The notes: a model not told the origin generated them from the sequence alone. Counted from the stretch's first letter, positions 17,940 to 28,199 are shown. The stretch is 64,000 bases of DNA from an uncultured candidate division Zixibacteria bacterium (GCA_963817915.1 CAWFQL010000009.1:256001-320000), one strand, 5' to 3'. Translations and numbers: made by a program.

Positions 17940-19100
17940 TTATATACGTTCTTTGTTGATAAATTGTTGTGCATTCGTCCTGCCTATCATATCGGCTGAT
18001 ATAATTGCTTCGATAGAATCAGACTCGACAATTTCGGTACTCTGGCAGACATGGTCCACCAGTGAAAATATCTCATCAAAGCGAATACGCTCATCCAGAA
18101 ACGCCTGCGCGGCAATTTCATTGGCGGCATTGTAAATTGCAGGAGCTGTCCCACCTCTCTTTAACGCCTGACGGGCAATATTCAGGCTTTTGAACTTGTG
18201 CTCATCCGGCGGCTCGAATTCGAGAAACTGGAACGCCGAAAAATCAAGATTCGCGACCGAGATCGGTTTGCGATTAGGATAGAAAAGCGCAAATTCAATC
18301 GGCAAACGCATATCAGGTTTGGACATTTGAGAGATAATTGAACCGTCGATATATTCCACCATCGAATGAATTATCGATTGAGGATGAATGACGACATCTA
18401 TATTTTTTTCCGGAATTCCAAATAGATAATGCGCCTCGATTATCTCAAGTCCCTTATTCATCAAAGTGGCCGAGTCTATTGTAATTTTCTTGCCCATATT
18501 CCAGGTTGGATGTTTAAGAGCCTGTTCGACAGTAATCGAGCTGAATTTTTCTTTTGGTAATTTTCTAAATGGCCCGCCCGACGATGTTAAAATCAAACGC
18601 CTGACATCATCTTTATTCCCCGATTTCAGGCATTGGAATATCGCCGAGTGTTCGGAATCGACTGGAATTAGTTCTGCCGCGCCTAAGGAAACTGCATCAT
18701 TTACAATCTGACCGCCGGCCACCATTGACTCCTTATTGGCCAATGCTATCCTCTTACCCGCCCTGGCAGCCGCAATCGTCGAGCGAAGCCCGGCGAATCC
18801 AACTACAGAATTGAGCACGATTTCTACATCTGCAATTGAAGATAATGCTTCCAAACCGCTCTCGCCGGAAAGCAATTCTACATTCAGGCTTTTTGCTGCA
18901 GGAATAAATTTAGCGGCGGTTTTATCATCGGAAACGCAGACTACGCTGGGATGATATTTTTTGACCTGCTCAGTTAACGCTGTAATATCCGAATTGACCG
19001 AGAGGCCAAAAATTTTAAGCTCCTCCGGAAATCGTTCAGCCACCCAGAGGGCGTTTTTACCGATTGAGCCGGAGGAGCCAAGTATTACAAGATTTTTCAA
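17940..19100 (-). CDS. dxr: 1-deoxy-D-xylulose-5-phosphate reductoisomerase
   Basis: LGSSGSIG, LANKES, PVDSEHSAIFQ, HPTWNMGKKITIDSATLMNKGLE. Confidence 0.97.
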   Translation of the reverse strand: MKNLVILGSSGSIGKNALWVAERFPEELKIFGLSVNSDITALTEQVKKYHPSVVCVSDDKTAAKFIPAAKSLNVELLSGESGLEALSSIADVEIVLNSVVGFAGLRSTIAAARAGKRIALANKESMVAGGQIVNDAVSLGAAELIPVDSEHSAIFQCLKSGNKDDVRRLILTSSGGPFRKLPKEKFSSITVEQALKHPTWNMGKKITIDSATLMNKGLEIIEAHYLFGIPEKNIDVVIHPQSIIHSMVEYIDGSIISQMSKPDMRLPIEFALFYPNRKPISVANLDFSAFQFLEFEPPDEHKFKSLNIARQALKRGGTAPAIYNAANEIAAQAFLDERIRFDEIFSLVDHVCQSTEIVESDSIEAIISADMIGRTNAQQFINKERI

Positions 19101-19109
19101 TCTATCTGC

Positions 19110-19715
19110 TTATTTCTTCTCTTCGGCTTTTACCGGAGCCGCTTCTGGGACTTTGTCTACGCGGCGAAGTTTAGTCATAATCACTTTTTCGACCGGCTTT
19201 TCACTGGCAACCTTCACAGCGGCGATTTTATCAACTACATCCATACCGCCAACTACTTTCGCGAAAGATGAGAATTTTTGCTTATCGAGGAAGGAATTGT
19301 CCTTCAGGTTAATATAGAATTGGCAATTGGATGCTCCTGCCCCCGAACGAGCCATTGCGACTGTGCCGCGGGCTTGTGGGTATGGAGAAACTTCATCGGC
19401 AAGACGATCCTCGCCCATACTGCCCATGCCTGAGCCTGTCGGGTCGCCGCCCTGAATCACAAAACCGGCGACAACACGATGGAATGTCAGGCTGTCATAT
19501 TTGCCTGCATCAACTTTGGAAAGAAAATTCTGCGCATGAATGGGAGTCTCTTTGGCAAAGACTTCGAGATAAATATTACCGTAATTTGTCTTCATTTCGA
19601 CAATAGGATTTTTTGCTGCGGGCGCGGCCGGTTTTTCCACCTTTTTCTCCTGTGCGTACGCCGTACCGGCAATTAGCATTGCCGAAATGACTACCGCTGT
19701 TAGTTTTCTTAACAC
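19110..19715 (-). CDS. ppiA: Periplasmic cyclophilin-type PPIase
   Basis: Signal peptide; FHRVVAGFVIQGGD, GTVAMAR, QFYINL; AAGGAGG SD before GTG. Confidence 0.9.
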   Translation of the reverse strand: MLRKLTAVVISAMLIAGTAYAQEKKVEKPAAPAAKNPIVEMKTNYGNIYLEVFAKETPIHAQNFLSKVDAGKYDSLTFHRVVAGFVIQGGDPTGSGMGSMGEDRLADEVSPYPQARGTVAMARSGAGASNCQFYINLKDNSFLDKQKFSSFAKVVGGMDVVDKIAAVKVASEKPVEKVIMTKLRRVDKVPEAAPVKAEEKK

Positions 19716-19940
19716 TCTTGTCCTCCTTAGTTTAAATACACTTAATTAGTTTGTTGTTTGCGCTCATTCCTTAGCGATTATTCTACAACCCATCAGGCAA
19801 AATGTTTCATCATTTTGCCCAAGCTCAGGGGGCTGATTTACAAAATAATGAACTGTTTGTAAAGTGAATTATTAAATATCAATGCGCGAAGACGCCTTGC
19901 ACATTTGCCATGCCGCCTCCGCCCAATCGATTTAAGCTGG

Positions 19941-20216
19941 CTATCCCCCGATAACGACGGTCCAGGGCCGGACACTCCATTCGGTGATCACGCCGTTTTT
20001 TACGTAAACATCATTACGCGCAAAATCCGCGGCAACTTCAGGGTTTTCACCTTTGAATATTAAAATTGCGCTATCCACCGGATCAGCTAATGCTCCTGCC
20101 ATAATCAAGGTTCCGGCATCATGGGCGGCATTTGCGTATTTTATATGCTCCGGCCGGAAAGGAGCGCGTTTTTCAAGATAGTTATCCGCGGTTTTGTAGA
20201 ATAGGATATAGTACAT
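19941..20216 (-). CDS. YciI-like protein
   Basis: R.PFRPEH, AGAL, FARNDVYVKNG...W.VRPW. Confidence 0.9.
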   Translation of the reverse strand: MYYILFYKTADNYLEKRAPFRPEHIKYANAAHDAGTLIMAGALADPVDSAILIFKGENPEVAADFARNDVYVKNGVITEWSVRPWTVVIGG

Positions 20217-20232
20217 TTATTTTCCTCCTTGA

Positions 20233-20646
20233 TCAGTCTGATAATGCGCTTTTCAACGCAGCATGATATTTTTGCGGAAGCGCGGTAGGTTTACCTACAG
20301 TAACCTCGGAGCAGAGTAGTTCGATCTCAGCAGTAACCGCCAAAGCTCCAGAATGATTGTAAATTTCATACCCCATAATAAAGCTGGCGTTAGCAAGCTT
20401 TGCGATACCCACATGTACGTCAATAATTTCATCGAAATAGAGCGGCTTTCGGTAACGAACATTGACTTTGCGAACAATAAATTCGTACCCCTCTTCACGC
20501 ATTATTTTATAAGAAATGCCCAGATGCCGATAAAATTCAATTCTGGCAATTTCAAGATATTTGACTATCTGAGGGTGATGAACTACGCCCTGGAGATCGA
20601 TCTCGTCAAACCGCACTCTCCATGAGCATTTGAAATCGAACGGCAT
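20233..20646 (-). CDS. Acyl-CoA thioesterase, YbgC/4HBT hotdog family
   Basis: RVRFDEIDLQGVVHH...YLEIAR, YRKPL; overlaps the stop of the upstream gene (ATGA-type coupling). Confidence 0.9.
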   Translation of the reverse strand: MPFDFKCSWRVRFDEIDLQGVVHHPQIVKYLEIARIEFYRHLGISYKIMREEGYEFIVRKVNVRYRKPLYFDEIIDVHVGIAKLANASFIMGYEIYNHSGALAVTAEIELLCSEVTVGKPTALPQKYHAALKSALSD

Positions 20647-22940
20647 CAGGAATAACTTATTTTTTCGATAGATTCTATAAGATGCGAGAGTTGCTCGAGA
20701 CGAAATGGTTTTCGGAGAGTGGCGTCGATACCCTTGCGTCGGGCGGCATCTATATCAAGCTCTCGTCCCCAGCCGGATATTAAAATGAAATGGACATCCC
20801 TATTAATCGCTTTGAGAGTAGCGGCCAGATCAAATCCAGCATTCTTATCGAGATCATAATCAGCTATCACGATATTGTAGGGATTTCCCGATTCAATTCC
20901 GCTTTTAAAAATTCTAATCGCGGCATCCGAATCACCAACGACTGTGGAGTTGTATCCCAGGCTGGTGAGCATGCTGGTCAAAAGCTCTCTGATGACTGCC
21001 TGACCATCCACGCCCAAAATTCTTATATTGGCAGGGTTTTCGATTTGATTTTTTGGGCCGGCGATTTTTTTCGGTATTACCAGTCTCCAGCAATTCACAG
21101 GCATATTGGAATCATTGAATCTATGGTTGAATTCGAGCTTTCCGCCGATCTCTTTCAGCCAATCAGGCTCCTCAGTACCATTCATCAATGGAGATAATTT
21201 ATCACCAATTAATTCGAGATATATTGCTCCGTTTCGTTCACCGGCTGTAAGTCTGAGCAATCCTTTTGAACCTGACTTGAATAAGGCTGACGATAGAAAG
21301 CCCAGCAACGATTCCTGGATCTTCTCATCGGAATTTCCGGATGGAGCAATATCATTTGCGCCATCAAATAATATTCGTGGCCATTCACCTCGTTTGGCAG
21401 AGAGCTGTTTCAGTACTTGACTGACTATGACATTGAAGCTATCGCTATTTCTCTTTTCCAACCGTGGCAACTCGGAGGGATTATCAAGCATTAATGGCTC
21501 CTGAACAGATGAGGCGCGCAACGCCTTAAGCCAGCCTAATAAGTCATTCAGTTCAGGGCTTCGGCTTGTATCCGCGTATTCTACTATCAGCCGATCCAGT
21601 TCATTGGTGACTTGAGCCAAAACATCAGCTTTTTTTACTAAGTCATTGTCGATCGGGCGCTTATCAGGTTCAACCTGAACGATTTTTTCTATGACTGGCA
21701 TTTCCTTAAATCGTCGATGAAGGCCGAATATTATCTTGCAGACATCGTTGAAAAGATCGAGTTCAAACGAGGATTTTCTGCCGCTTTCAAGTCGAATAAA
21801 TATGCGGGCATTTTCATCGGGCAATGTCCCATAAAGATAGCTTCTGCCAACAATAAATTCCTTGAAAGGTGGGCGTTCTTCCCTGGCAATAATCCCATTG
21901 GCGCTGTCGTCATCAAGCTTATATTCTGAAATTTGAGTCAAAACTTGATTGTCATAATCGGGCTCCGATGACAACGCATCAATCCAGTCATTGCCGATCT
22001 TCTGGCAAATATCAAAGCGATCCCCGCCAAAAAGCCGAGTTAGTGTCCAGGCGACATTCCGGGCCGTATTAGCACCATTTCGCGGCCTCGCTATCGACGA
22101 CAATAATTCATCACCTAAAGCGCCAAGGAGATTTTTCATATTATCAAATGATGATTGCATGCCTCTAATGTGGCGGCCCAGTACCAACGCGCTGCCAAGC
22201 TGTTCGCCGAATTGCTCCAATAAATCAGGCTGGAGCATATCCTCTGATGGGTGTCCCTTCCCGAATAACGAAATTACTCCCCAATTTTCCCCCTCGGAAA
22301 TAATGGGAATCAGTACCATGAAATTGAATCCCTCATGCTTGCCGCCAAAATATTCATAATCGGGACTTGTCCTCATATTTCTGATTATCAGGAGCCGTTT
22401 GTTTCTGGCAGTGCGACCGATGGCAGTAGAACCTGATTCAATATTTTCCATTCTTCTGGCCAAGCGGGCAGACAAACCTTTATAAGAACCGAGTACCAAA
22501 TTTTCCTTGGCTCTATGAAAGACATGGATAGTACCGGCGGAAAGATTCATGATTGCCACGATCTTATCTAATGAGAAATTCAAAAGCTCCATCAGGCTGG
22601 CGTTGGATGCCGCCAATTGGATAATCTCGCCAATCGTTCTTTGCTGTTTTTCGTGCGCGAGCTGGGCGTTGACAGCTGACTTTGCCCTATGGTTCGAGAT
22701 GAGCATGGCGGCCAGCATGGAAATATATCCCAGCGATGAAAAGACGACAAAGCTGTTGAACGACGAAATAAAAAGCCTTTCCGGTGGGGTCAGAAGATAT
22801 AAAAGACATGATAATACAAATGACAAACCAGAAAAAAACCAAAAGATATAATGTAGAAAGCCACGCGCCGAATGACTGGAAATTATGAATAAAATTATGC
22901 TCAAAATCAGACCGCTGAGAGGCAACACCAAAAAATCCAT
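20646..22940 (-). CDS. Membrane GAF-domain protein with a degenerate kinase-like middle and a C-terminal receiver domain
   Basis: 3 TMs; GAF (LGSYKGLS...IPII...GVISL); receiver ILGVDG...IADY...ISGW...LRKPF; no H-box or G-boxes recognised. Confidence 0.7.
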   Translation of the reverse strand: MDFLVLPLSGLILSIILFIISSHSARGFLHYIFWFFSGLSFVLSCLLYLLTPPERLFISSFNSFVVFSSLGYISMLAAMLISNHRAKSAVNAQLAHEKQQRTIGEIIQLAASNASLMELLNFSLDKIVAIMNLSAGTIHVFHRAKENLVLGSYKGLSARLARRMENIESGSTAIGRTARNKRLLIIRNMRTSPDYEYFGGKHEGFNFMVLIPIISEGENWGVISLFGKGHPSEDMLQPDLLEQFGEQLGSALVLGRHIRGMQSSFDNMKNLLGALGDELLSSIARPRNGANTARNVAWTLTRLFGGDRFDICQKIGNDWIDALSSEPDYDNQVLTQISEYKLDDDSANGIIAREERPPFKEFIVGRSYLYGTLPDENARIFIRLESGRKSSFELDLFNDVCKIIFGLHRRFKEMPVIEKIVQVEPDKRPIDNDLVKKADVLAQVTNELDRLIVEYADTSRSPELNDLLGWLKALRASSVQEPLMLDNPSELPRLEKRNSDSFNVIVSQVLKQLSAKRGEWPRILFDGANDIAPSGNSDEKIQESLLGFLSSALFKSGSKGLLRLTAGERNGAIYLELIGDKLSPLMNGTEEPDWLKEIGGKLEFNHRFNDSNMPVNCWRLVIPKKIAGPKNQIENPANIRILGVDGQAVIRELLTSMLTSLGYNSTVVGDSDAAIRIFKSGIESGNPYNIVIADYDLDKNAGFDLAATLKAINRDVHFILISGWGRELDIDAARRKGIDATLRKPFRLEQLSHLIESIEKISYS

Positions 22941-23086
22941 AGATATTATTATGCGCTTGAAATCGCGGAATTGTCAATTGATTTTATCGCATAATTATTT
23001 ATTTATAGAAAGCGATTTGGATCTTGCCTCAAATTAGATTAGATTATAGGATATATCGATAGATGAACATATATCGACAGGAACAA

Positions 23087-23443
23087 ATGATGAAAGAAAA
23101 AGCAAATACAGGTAGAATCACTCCGCATTTGGATCAGAAGATTCGACGAAATCTTAGCGACAAGCATATACTTTTTCGCATTGCGGAAATTTTCGGTGTC
23201 ATGAGCGATCCCGCTCGTTTGGCAATTCTAGTATGCCTTGAACAAAGCGAGCTTTGCGTAAGCGATATCATGAGCTTAACCGGCCTGCCCCAATCATCGG
23301 TTTCGCATCATCTAAGGAATCTGCGCCAATTGGAGATTGTAAAATATCGGAAAGACGGCAAGATGATTTTCTATAGACTTTCGGATAGCTATATTCCGGC
23401 GCTGATTGCAATCGCGCGAGATCACCTTCGCGATATCCAATAG
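23087..23443 (+). CDS. ArsR/SmtB metalloregulator
   Basis: F..MSDPARLAIL..L..SELCVSDI...QSSVSHHLRNLR..IVKYRKDGK..FYRLSD; start 23087 follows AGGA (ORF track start is 23063). Confidence 0.92.
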   Translation: MMKEKANTGRITPHLDQKIRRNLSDKHILFRIAEIFGVMSDPARLAILVCLEQSELCVSDIMSLTGLPQSSVSHHLRNLRQLEIVKYRKDGKMIFYRLSDSYIPALIAIARDHLRDIQ

Positions 23444-23743
23444 TTGGCCTGGAAATCATATCAACTTCTAATCATATATCGAATATCTTCGATTAAACAA
23501 TATTATTTCTTTTTTGAGAACGGATCGATTGATATATTCCTTATTTGGCACATTTATTTTGCCTTAAATTCAATCAAGACATCCGTATCGTAAGATTATA
23601 AGCAATAAACAATTACGCCGACCTCTTAAATCTAAACAGTACCATAATCGAACAAAGACAAGAAATACAATAAGTTAAATTAAGTATCGAATTATGACAT
23701 TTCTATCATATTTAAGCGGAAAAGGGGCGATAATCAAAGAAAT

Positions 23744-25273
23744 CTATTTTTGAGTTAAGGCGCGAATATGTGCCTTTACATCATCGATATCGTCGCCATA
23801 TGGATTATCTTTGATATAAGTATTCAGCCACGAGATCGCCGATGTTGAATCATGTTTGACATTTTCATAGATATCAGCCAATTTCAATGACGACAGTAAA
23901 CCATCAGGAGTTTGTACAAATTGATCGTGAAGCATCTTTAAAGATTCGATAGCACGTTTATCGTCATTTTGCTCGAGATAGCATTTGACCAGATAGCCGA
24001 TAGCTCTCGCCGACATGAGTACATTTGAGATTTCAGGATTGATATATTTTTTAATATAAGCCTCGGCATCTTTGAACGCCTTATTGGCAAGTGTGGTCTC
24101 CCCCCTCATTTTGTAATGATTGGCCACAAAAAGGGCGGACTCGTAAGCCTTATCCGACCCGGGGAATGTCGCCATTATTTGATCGAATTGGCCGCGAGCA
24201 AGCTCCCATTTGCCTTCTTTATCAAGACAAAGTGCAATTAAATAATAGATTTCGGCTACGTTTTGCTGTGAAGCTTGAGGGAGTCCTTCGAGTTCTTTGG
24301 CCTTTTCTCGTGCCTCAGCAAATCTATTTTGCAGAAAGAGGTTTAATGACAATCCCATATATGCCGGTCCCAGGACCTTACTTCCGGGATTTTTTGCAAT
24401 AATCTCCTTATATGTCGATTCCGCGCTGGCATAGTCTTTGAGGTTTTTCGAGTAGATATCGGCAATCATAATCATAAGCGAGGGACTGATATTCCCCAGG
24501 CTATCCTTTTTGCTAGCTTTCATCGCGCTGATAGCGTCGGCAAATCTGTTTTGTTTGAGGTAGCTGGCGATAATCTTACCTGATGCCGCCTGATCAATCG
24601 CCGAACTGGGATATTTTTGAATAAGGTTATTATAATAATCACGGGCAGAATTCATCTTCTGATTAAATTTATCGAGATCGCCGGTAACATACCACATTTC
24701 AGCTTCTCTTAAAGGCGCATCGAGAGCGTCCAGATTGGGCTTTTCCGGCTTCAAAACCGCTATGTAACCATTGGAAAGCGAATCATAAATCGCCGCGGCT
24801 TCGACATATTTTTTGGATTTTTCCTTGGAAACGGCGAGATAGTAGGTAATAGCATTTTTCTGCAGAGCGTTTGTAGCAGGATTGTCAGCGACAGTCTTAA
24901 AATAATTGAAAGCCTCTTCGTAATTATGACGTTCCATATAAAGATTAGCGATTCGAGTCTGGGCTTTGGAGGCGAGATCCCAAGTCTCCCTTAAAGCAGA
25001 GCTGGCATTCGTGACTTCGGAATTGTCGCGGGGCGGCGCGACCATTCTCGCGACAGCTAAATAAGCATCCAGGACTTCCTGAAAATCGTTATCCGAAAGA
25101 GTCTTGCTTTTAATCGAGAATTGTTCCTGAAGACGGTCGGCGCTGTTCAATGCTTTTTCGATTTCGAATCTTGTTTCAATATCCTTTTTCTTGCTGCATG
25201 AGAATAAGGTAATTACTAAAAGCGGTATGGTTAATTTGGAAATCAATATTAATATATTTTTTAACCCAGCCAT
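23744..25273 (-). CDS. TPR-repeat lipoprotein
   Basis: LFSC lipobox; multiple TPR helices (YEEAFNYF, KYPSS, FPGS); ATG 25273 follows GGAGG. Confidence 0.85.
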   Translation of the reverse strand: MAGLKNILILISKLTIPLLVITLFSCSKKKDIETRFEIEKALNSADRLQEQFSIKSKTLSDNDFQEVLDAYLAVARMVAPPRDNSEVTNASSALRETWDLASKAQTRIANLYMERHNYEEAFNYFKTVADNPATNALQKNAITYYLAVSKEKSKKYVEAAAIYDSLSNGYIAVLKPEKPNLDALDAPLREAEMWYVTGDLDKFNQKMNSARDYYNNLIQKYPSSAIDQAASGKIIASYLKQNRFADAISAMKASKKDSLGNISPSLMIMIADIYSKNLKDYASAESTYKEIIAKNPGSKVLGPAYMGLSLNLFLQNRFAEAREKAKELEGLPQASQQNVAEIYYLIALCLDKEGKWELARGQFDQIMATFPGSDKAYESALFVANHYKMRGETTLANKAFKDAEAYIKKYINPEISNVLMSARAIGYLVKCYLEQNDDKRAIESLKMLHDQFVQTPDGLLSSLKLADIYENVKHDSTSAISWLNTYIKDNPYGDDIDDVKAHIRALTQK

Positions 25274-25404
25274 GTTTCCTCCATTACAATCCTTTATTGG
25301 TGGCATCCGGATGCCATAATTAATAGATTATACTACAAAATTGGACTAAAATAGAAACATAAAAATATCAGACAAATAAAATAAATCAGCAAGCGAAACT
25401 CTCA

Positions 25405-25436
25405 TAAAAAAAGCCGGCTTGAAATGGCCGGCTTTC
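25405..25436 (-). terminator. Intrinsic terminator after the PEP-CTERM gene
   Basis: Minus strand AAAGCCGGCC-ATTTCA-AGCCGGC-TTTTTTT. Confidence 0.85.
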
Positions 25437-25453
25437 CAATACTTTATTAGCGA

Positions 25454-26293
25454 TTATTTTTTGAATTTTCTCTTTAAGCCGAGCAAACCTGCAAGCCCCA
25501 TTCCAAAAAGACCGATTGTCGCGGGCTCTGGGACTGACGCCGGCGGAACATCAAGACGAAGGATATCATTATTGCAACTCATGCCGAGTGTAATTGACAT
25601 ACCGTTGGAAAGACTATTCCATCCGCCAAGATCATCGAAGGAAATTCTACCTTCCATGACATACGTGCTGTAACCATTTTCCATTAAGCTGTGGCCATTT
25701 ACAAGATATTCAGAATAGCCAAATTGGAAATCGTTGCTGTGGTTAGAGGCAACGCTATTGTAATGCAGAACCGGATTTCCTCTGCTTCCGAAACCTCTGC
25801 TGCCATCGCGATACTGCATCGTAGGATTAACATAGAAATTGCCAGATGTATTATAATTATGACCTGAATATTGACCGTCGAAAGTGCCTACAACATAATT
25901 ATTGCCTTGCACTCCAAACCGAATGTCGCCAGCGCGGAAAAGATAGCCGGGATACCAGGGAACATCATTGAAGCCGGTATTTGGCATTGACGTGACAATC
26001 GAATATACTAATTCGTGGTTGGTCTGGTCGAAATCGGCGTACATGGCTTCAATATCAAATACCTCCGACATATCATATCCTTGTCCAGGATCAGGCGCGT
26101 TGCCATTAGTTGGCCAATCTTGACTAATGCTATATCCTCTCGTCGGATTCCATGGCATATTGAAAAGATGAGAATTATTATCCACTGAAAGATGAACACC
26201 AAAATAGTCATCAAGTAGGTATTGGGCTTGAGCCGCAGAACCCATAGTTAGCAGACCAATAATTGCGATGATGATAGTCATGGCCTTTTTCAT
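25454..26293 (-). CDS. PEP-CTERM sorting-domain surface protein
   Basis: Signal peptide (SAAQA); C-terminus VPEPATIGLFGMGLAGLLGLKRKFKK. Confidence 0.95.
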   Translation of the reverse strand: MKKAMTIIIAIIGLLTMGSAAQAQYLLDDYFGVHLSVDNNSHLFNMPWNPTRGYSISQDWPTNGNAPDPGQGYDMSEVFDIEAMYADFDQTNHELVYSIVTSMPNTGFNDVPWYPGYLFRAGDIRFGVQGNNYVVGTFDGQYSGHNYNTSGNFYVNPTMQYRDGSRGFGSRGNPVLHYNSVASNHSNDFQFGYSEYLVNGHSLMENGYSTYVMEGRISFDDLGGWNSLSNGMSITLGMSCNNDILRLDVPPASVPEPATIGLFGMGLAGLLGLKRKFKK

Positions 26294-26364
26294 TAATCTA
26301 TCCTTTCCCTAATCAACTTTCCCAAATCAAGCCCTTTCTGCAAGGGCAGTATCTGCCATATATC

Positions 26365-26381
26365 AGCAATTCTAATGCCAA
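26365..26381 (-). promoter_or_regulatory. Sigma54 -24/-12 promoter of the PEP-CTERM gene
   Basis: Minus strand TTGGCATTAGAATTGCT (GG-N10-GC). Confidence 0.8.
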
Positions 26382-26498
26382 ATTTAGTCAACCAATTCGA
26401 GCGACGATATCTAATTGTATAGCAACGAGATACATGATTGTTATTGCCTATGCTGAATTACCGATTATTCAAAGTTACTTACGCAAATATACCAATAG

Positions 26499-26514
26499 AT
26501 GCATTCAAATGCAT
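26499..26514. promoter_or_regulatory. Candidate enhancer-binding-protein site
   Basis: Palindrome ATGCATT-CA-AATGCAT, ~120 bp upstream of the sigma54 -24 box. Confidence 0.5.
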
Positions 26515-26658
26515 ATGGGGGTAACAGGTAATTCAAGGCCAAGGCCTGATGCGGATTAAGCTCGATTGTTATTTGACTGGACTAAATATATCTACTATAA
26601 TTTGAGAGAGCATGCATAGATTGAAGAATTGACCGATAATCAACATCGGGAGCAGTCG

Positions 26659-27510
26659 ATGAGATTGAATTTTGACACTACAATAGATCATATCAAGCGT
26701 CATCTACTATTTTATATAATTTTGGCCGTATTTCTAGCGTTCAATATTCCGGTTTTTAAGCTGCTAATTGAAGATTGGATTCGCGACGGCAACTATTCGC
26801 ATGGATTTTTCATAATTCCTATATCCATATTTCTTATATATAGATCCGGCAATCTTCTGGTCTTCCCTGCTCCACGCAGCATGACAGGAATGGTTTTATT
26901 TGTCTTTGGGTGCGCAGGAATGATATTGGGAGCGGCGGCAAATGAGTTTTTCAGTTCGCGTGCTTCAATGATATTAAGTTTGACAGGAGTAACGCTATTT
27001 TATCTGGGATGGGCGAATTTCAAAAAGGTTTGGTTTGCATTTTTCTTTTTGCTTTTTATGATCCCCCTCCCGGCGGTAATTTATTATTCGGCAACATTGC
27101 CTTTGCAGCTTTTCGCGACCAAAGCAACCGTGGCGATTCTCCACATTTTCGATCTCCCCTCAGTTCGGCATGGCAATATCATTTTTTTGCCGAATTTCAA
27201 ATTAGAAGTGGCGGAGGCGTGCAGCGGCTTACGCAGCCTTGTCACATTGATGGCATTAGGAGCGCTGTACGGATATCTGACATTGCAGGGAACGATTCGT
27301 CCGCTGACGCTTTTTATCATGACAGTGCCGGTTGCTATAGCGGTCAATATATTCAGGCTCGTAATTACGGCGTTCGGGGCGTATGCAATCAGCCCCAAAG
27401 TGGCTGAGAGTTTTCTACATGAGCTTTCAGGGTTATTGGTATTTATAATAGCGTTGGTCGCGATTATAATAATTGGGAGCATCCTCGGATGGAAAAAAAG
27501 TCGTTCATAA
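26659..27510 (+). CDS. Exosortase (EpsH/XrtA family)
   Basis: YSHGFFIIP; VAEACSGLRS (Cys), NIFR (Arg), LHE (His); ~8 TMs. Alternative TTG start at 26629. Confidence 0.93.
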   Translation: MRLNFDTTIDHIKRHLLFYIILAVFLAFNIPVFKLLIEDWIRDGNYSHGFFIIPISIFLIYRSGNLLVFPAPRSMTGMVLFVFGCAGMILGAAANEFFSSRASMILSLTGVTLFYLGWANFKKVWFAFFFLLFMIPLPAVIYYSATLPLQLFATKATVAILHIFDLPSVRHGNIIFLPNFKLEVAEACSGLRSLVTLMALGALYGYLTLQGTIRPLTLFIMTVPVAIAVNIFRLVITAFGAYAISPKVAESFLHELSGLLVFIIALVAIIIIGSILGWKKSRS

Positions 27511-28115
27511 TAATAATCATATTACTGGCAATTACTTTTTCAATGACGATGACCATTAAATATTATCGTCCAAGTGTTCCAGAACAATCCGGTTTAGCGC
27601 AAATACCATTTGAGAAAGGCGGCTGGCTCGGGACCTATTTGCCTTTGGACTCAGCTTCAATTGCCATGCTCAATCCTGATCGAATGTTTTCAGGCATCTA
27701 TTCCGATTCGACGGGAAATAAGGTTCAGTTATTTGTAGATTATTATTCACCTCAAAACACGTGGGGCGGAATTCACTCGCCCCGCAACTGCCTTCCTGGC
27801 TCCGGATGGGTAATCTTGAGCACTGAAAAGAGACCAATGGAGCTTAATGGCAAGAGGTTTACGGCAAACAGGCTGACCCTTCAATCTGGAAGCTCACGAC
27901 AAGTAATGGATTTTTGGTATGTTTGCAGGCATGGTGAGACGGCCAATGACTATATTTTCAAATATTACAATATGCTTAGCGCTCTGACCTTAAAGCCAAC
28001 CGATACAGCCTTTATAAGATTTGTGACAGCCGATGATGCCAAAAGTATCGCGGCGATGGAACAATTCGAAACAGAAATAGTAAGCGATATCTATCTGTAT
28101 CTGCCGTTCAGATAA
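27489..28115 (+). CDS. epsI: EpsI-family exosortase-associated protein
   Basis: N-terminal TM; LFVDYY...IHSPRNCLPGSGW; FWY; AFIRF. Confidence 0.9.
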   Translation: MEKKSFIIIIILLAITFSMTMTIKYYRPSVPEQSGLAQIPFEKGGWLGTYLPLDSASIAMLNPDRMFSGIYSDSTGNKVQLFVDYYSPQNTWGGIHSPRNCLPGSGWVILSTEKRPMELNGKRFTANRLTLQSGSSRQVMDFWYVCRHGETANDYIFKYYNMLSALTLKPTDTAFIRFVTADDAKSIAAMEQFETEIVSDIYLYLPFR

Positions 28116-28199
28116 GGACTTACAATCTCCCAATATCACCAGTAATATTGTTCAATAAAAAGCTTGACTGGTCATATTAACTTATTATAAAGCATTAAT

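Noticed and set aside
23545..23563. Sigma54-like TTGGCAC...TTGC after arsR
   Set aside because: GG-to-GC spacing is 12, not the obligatory 10, and no gene follows.
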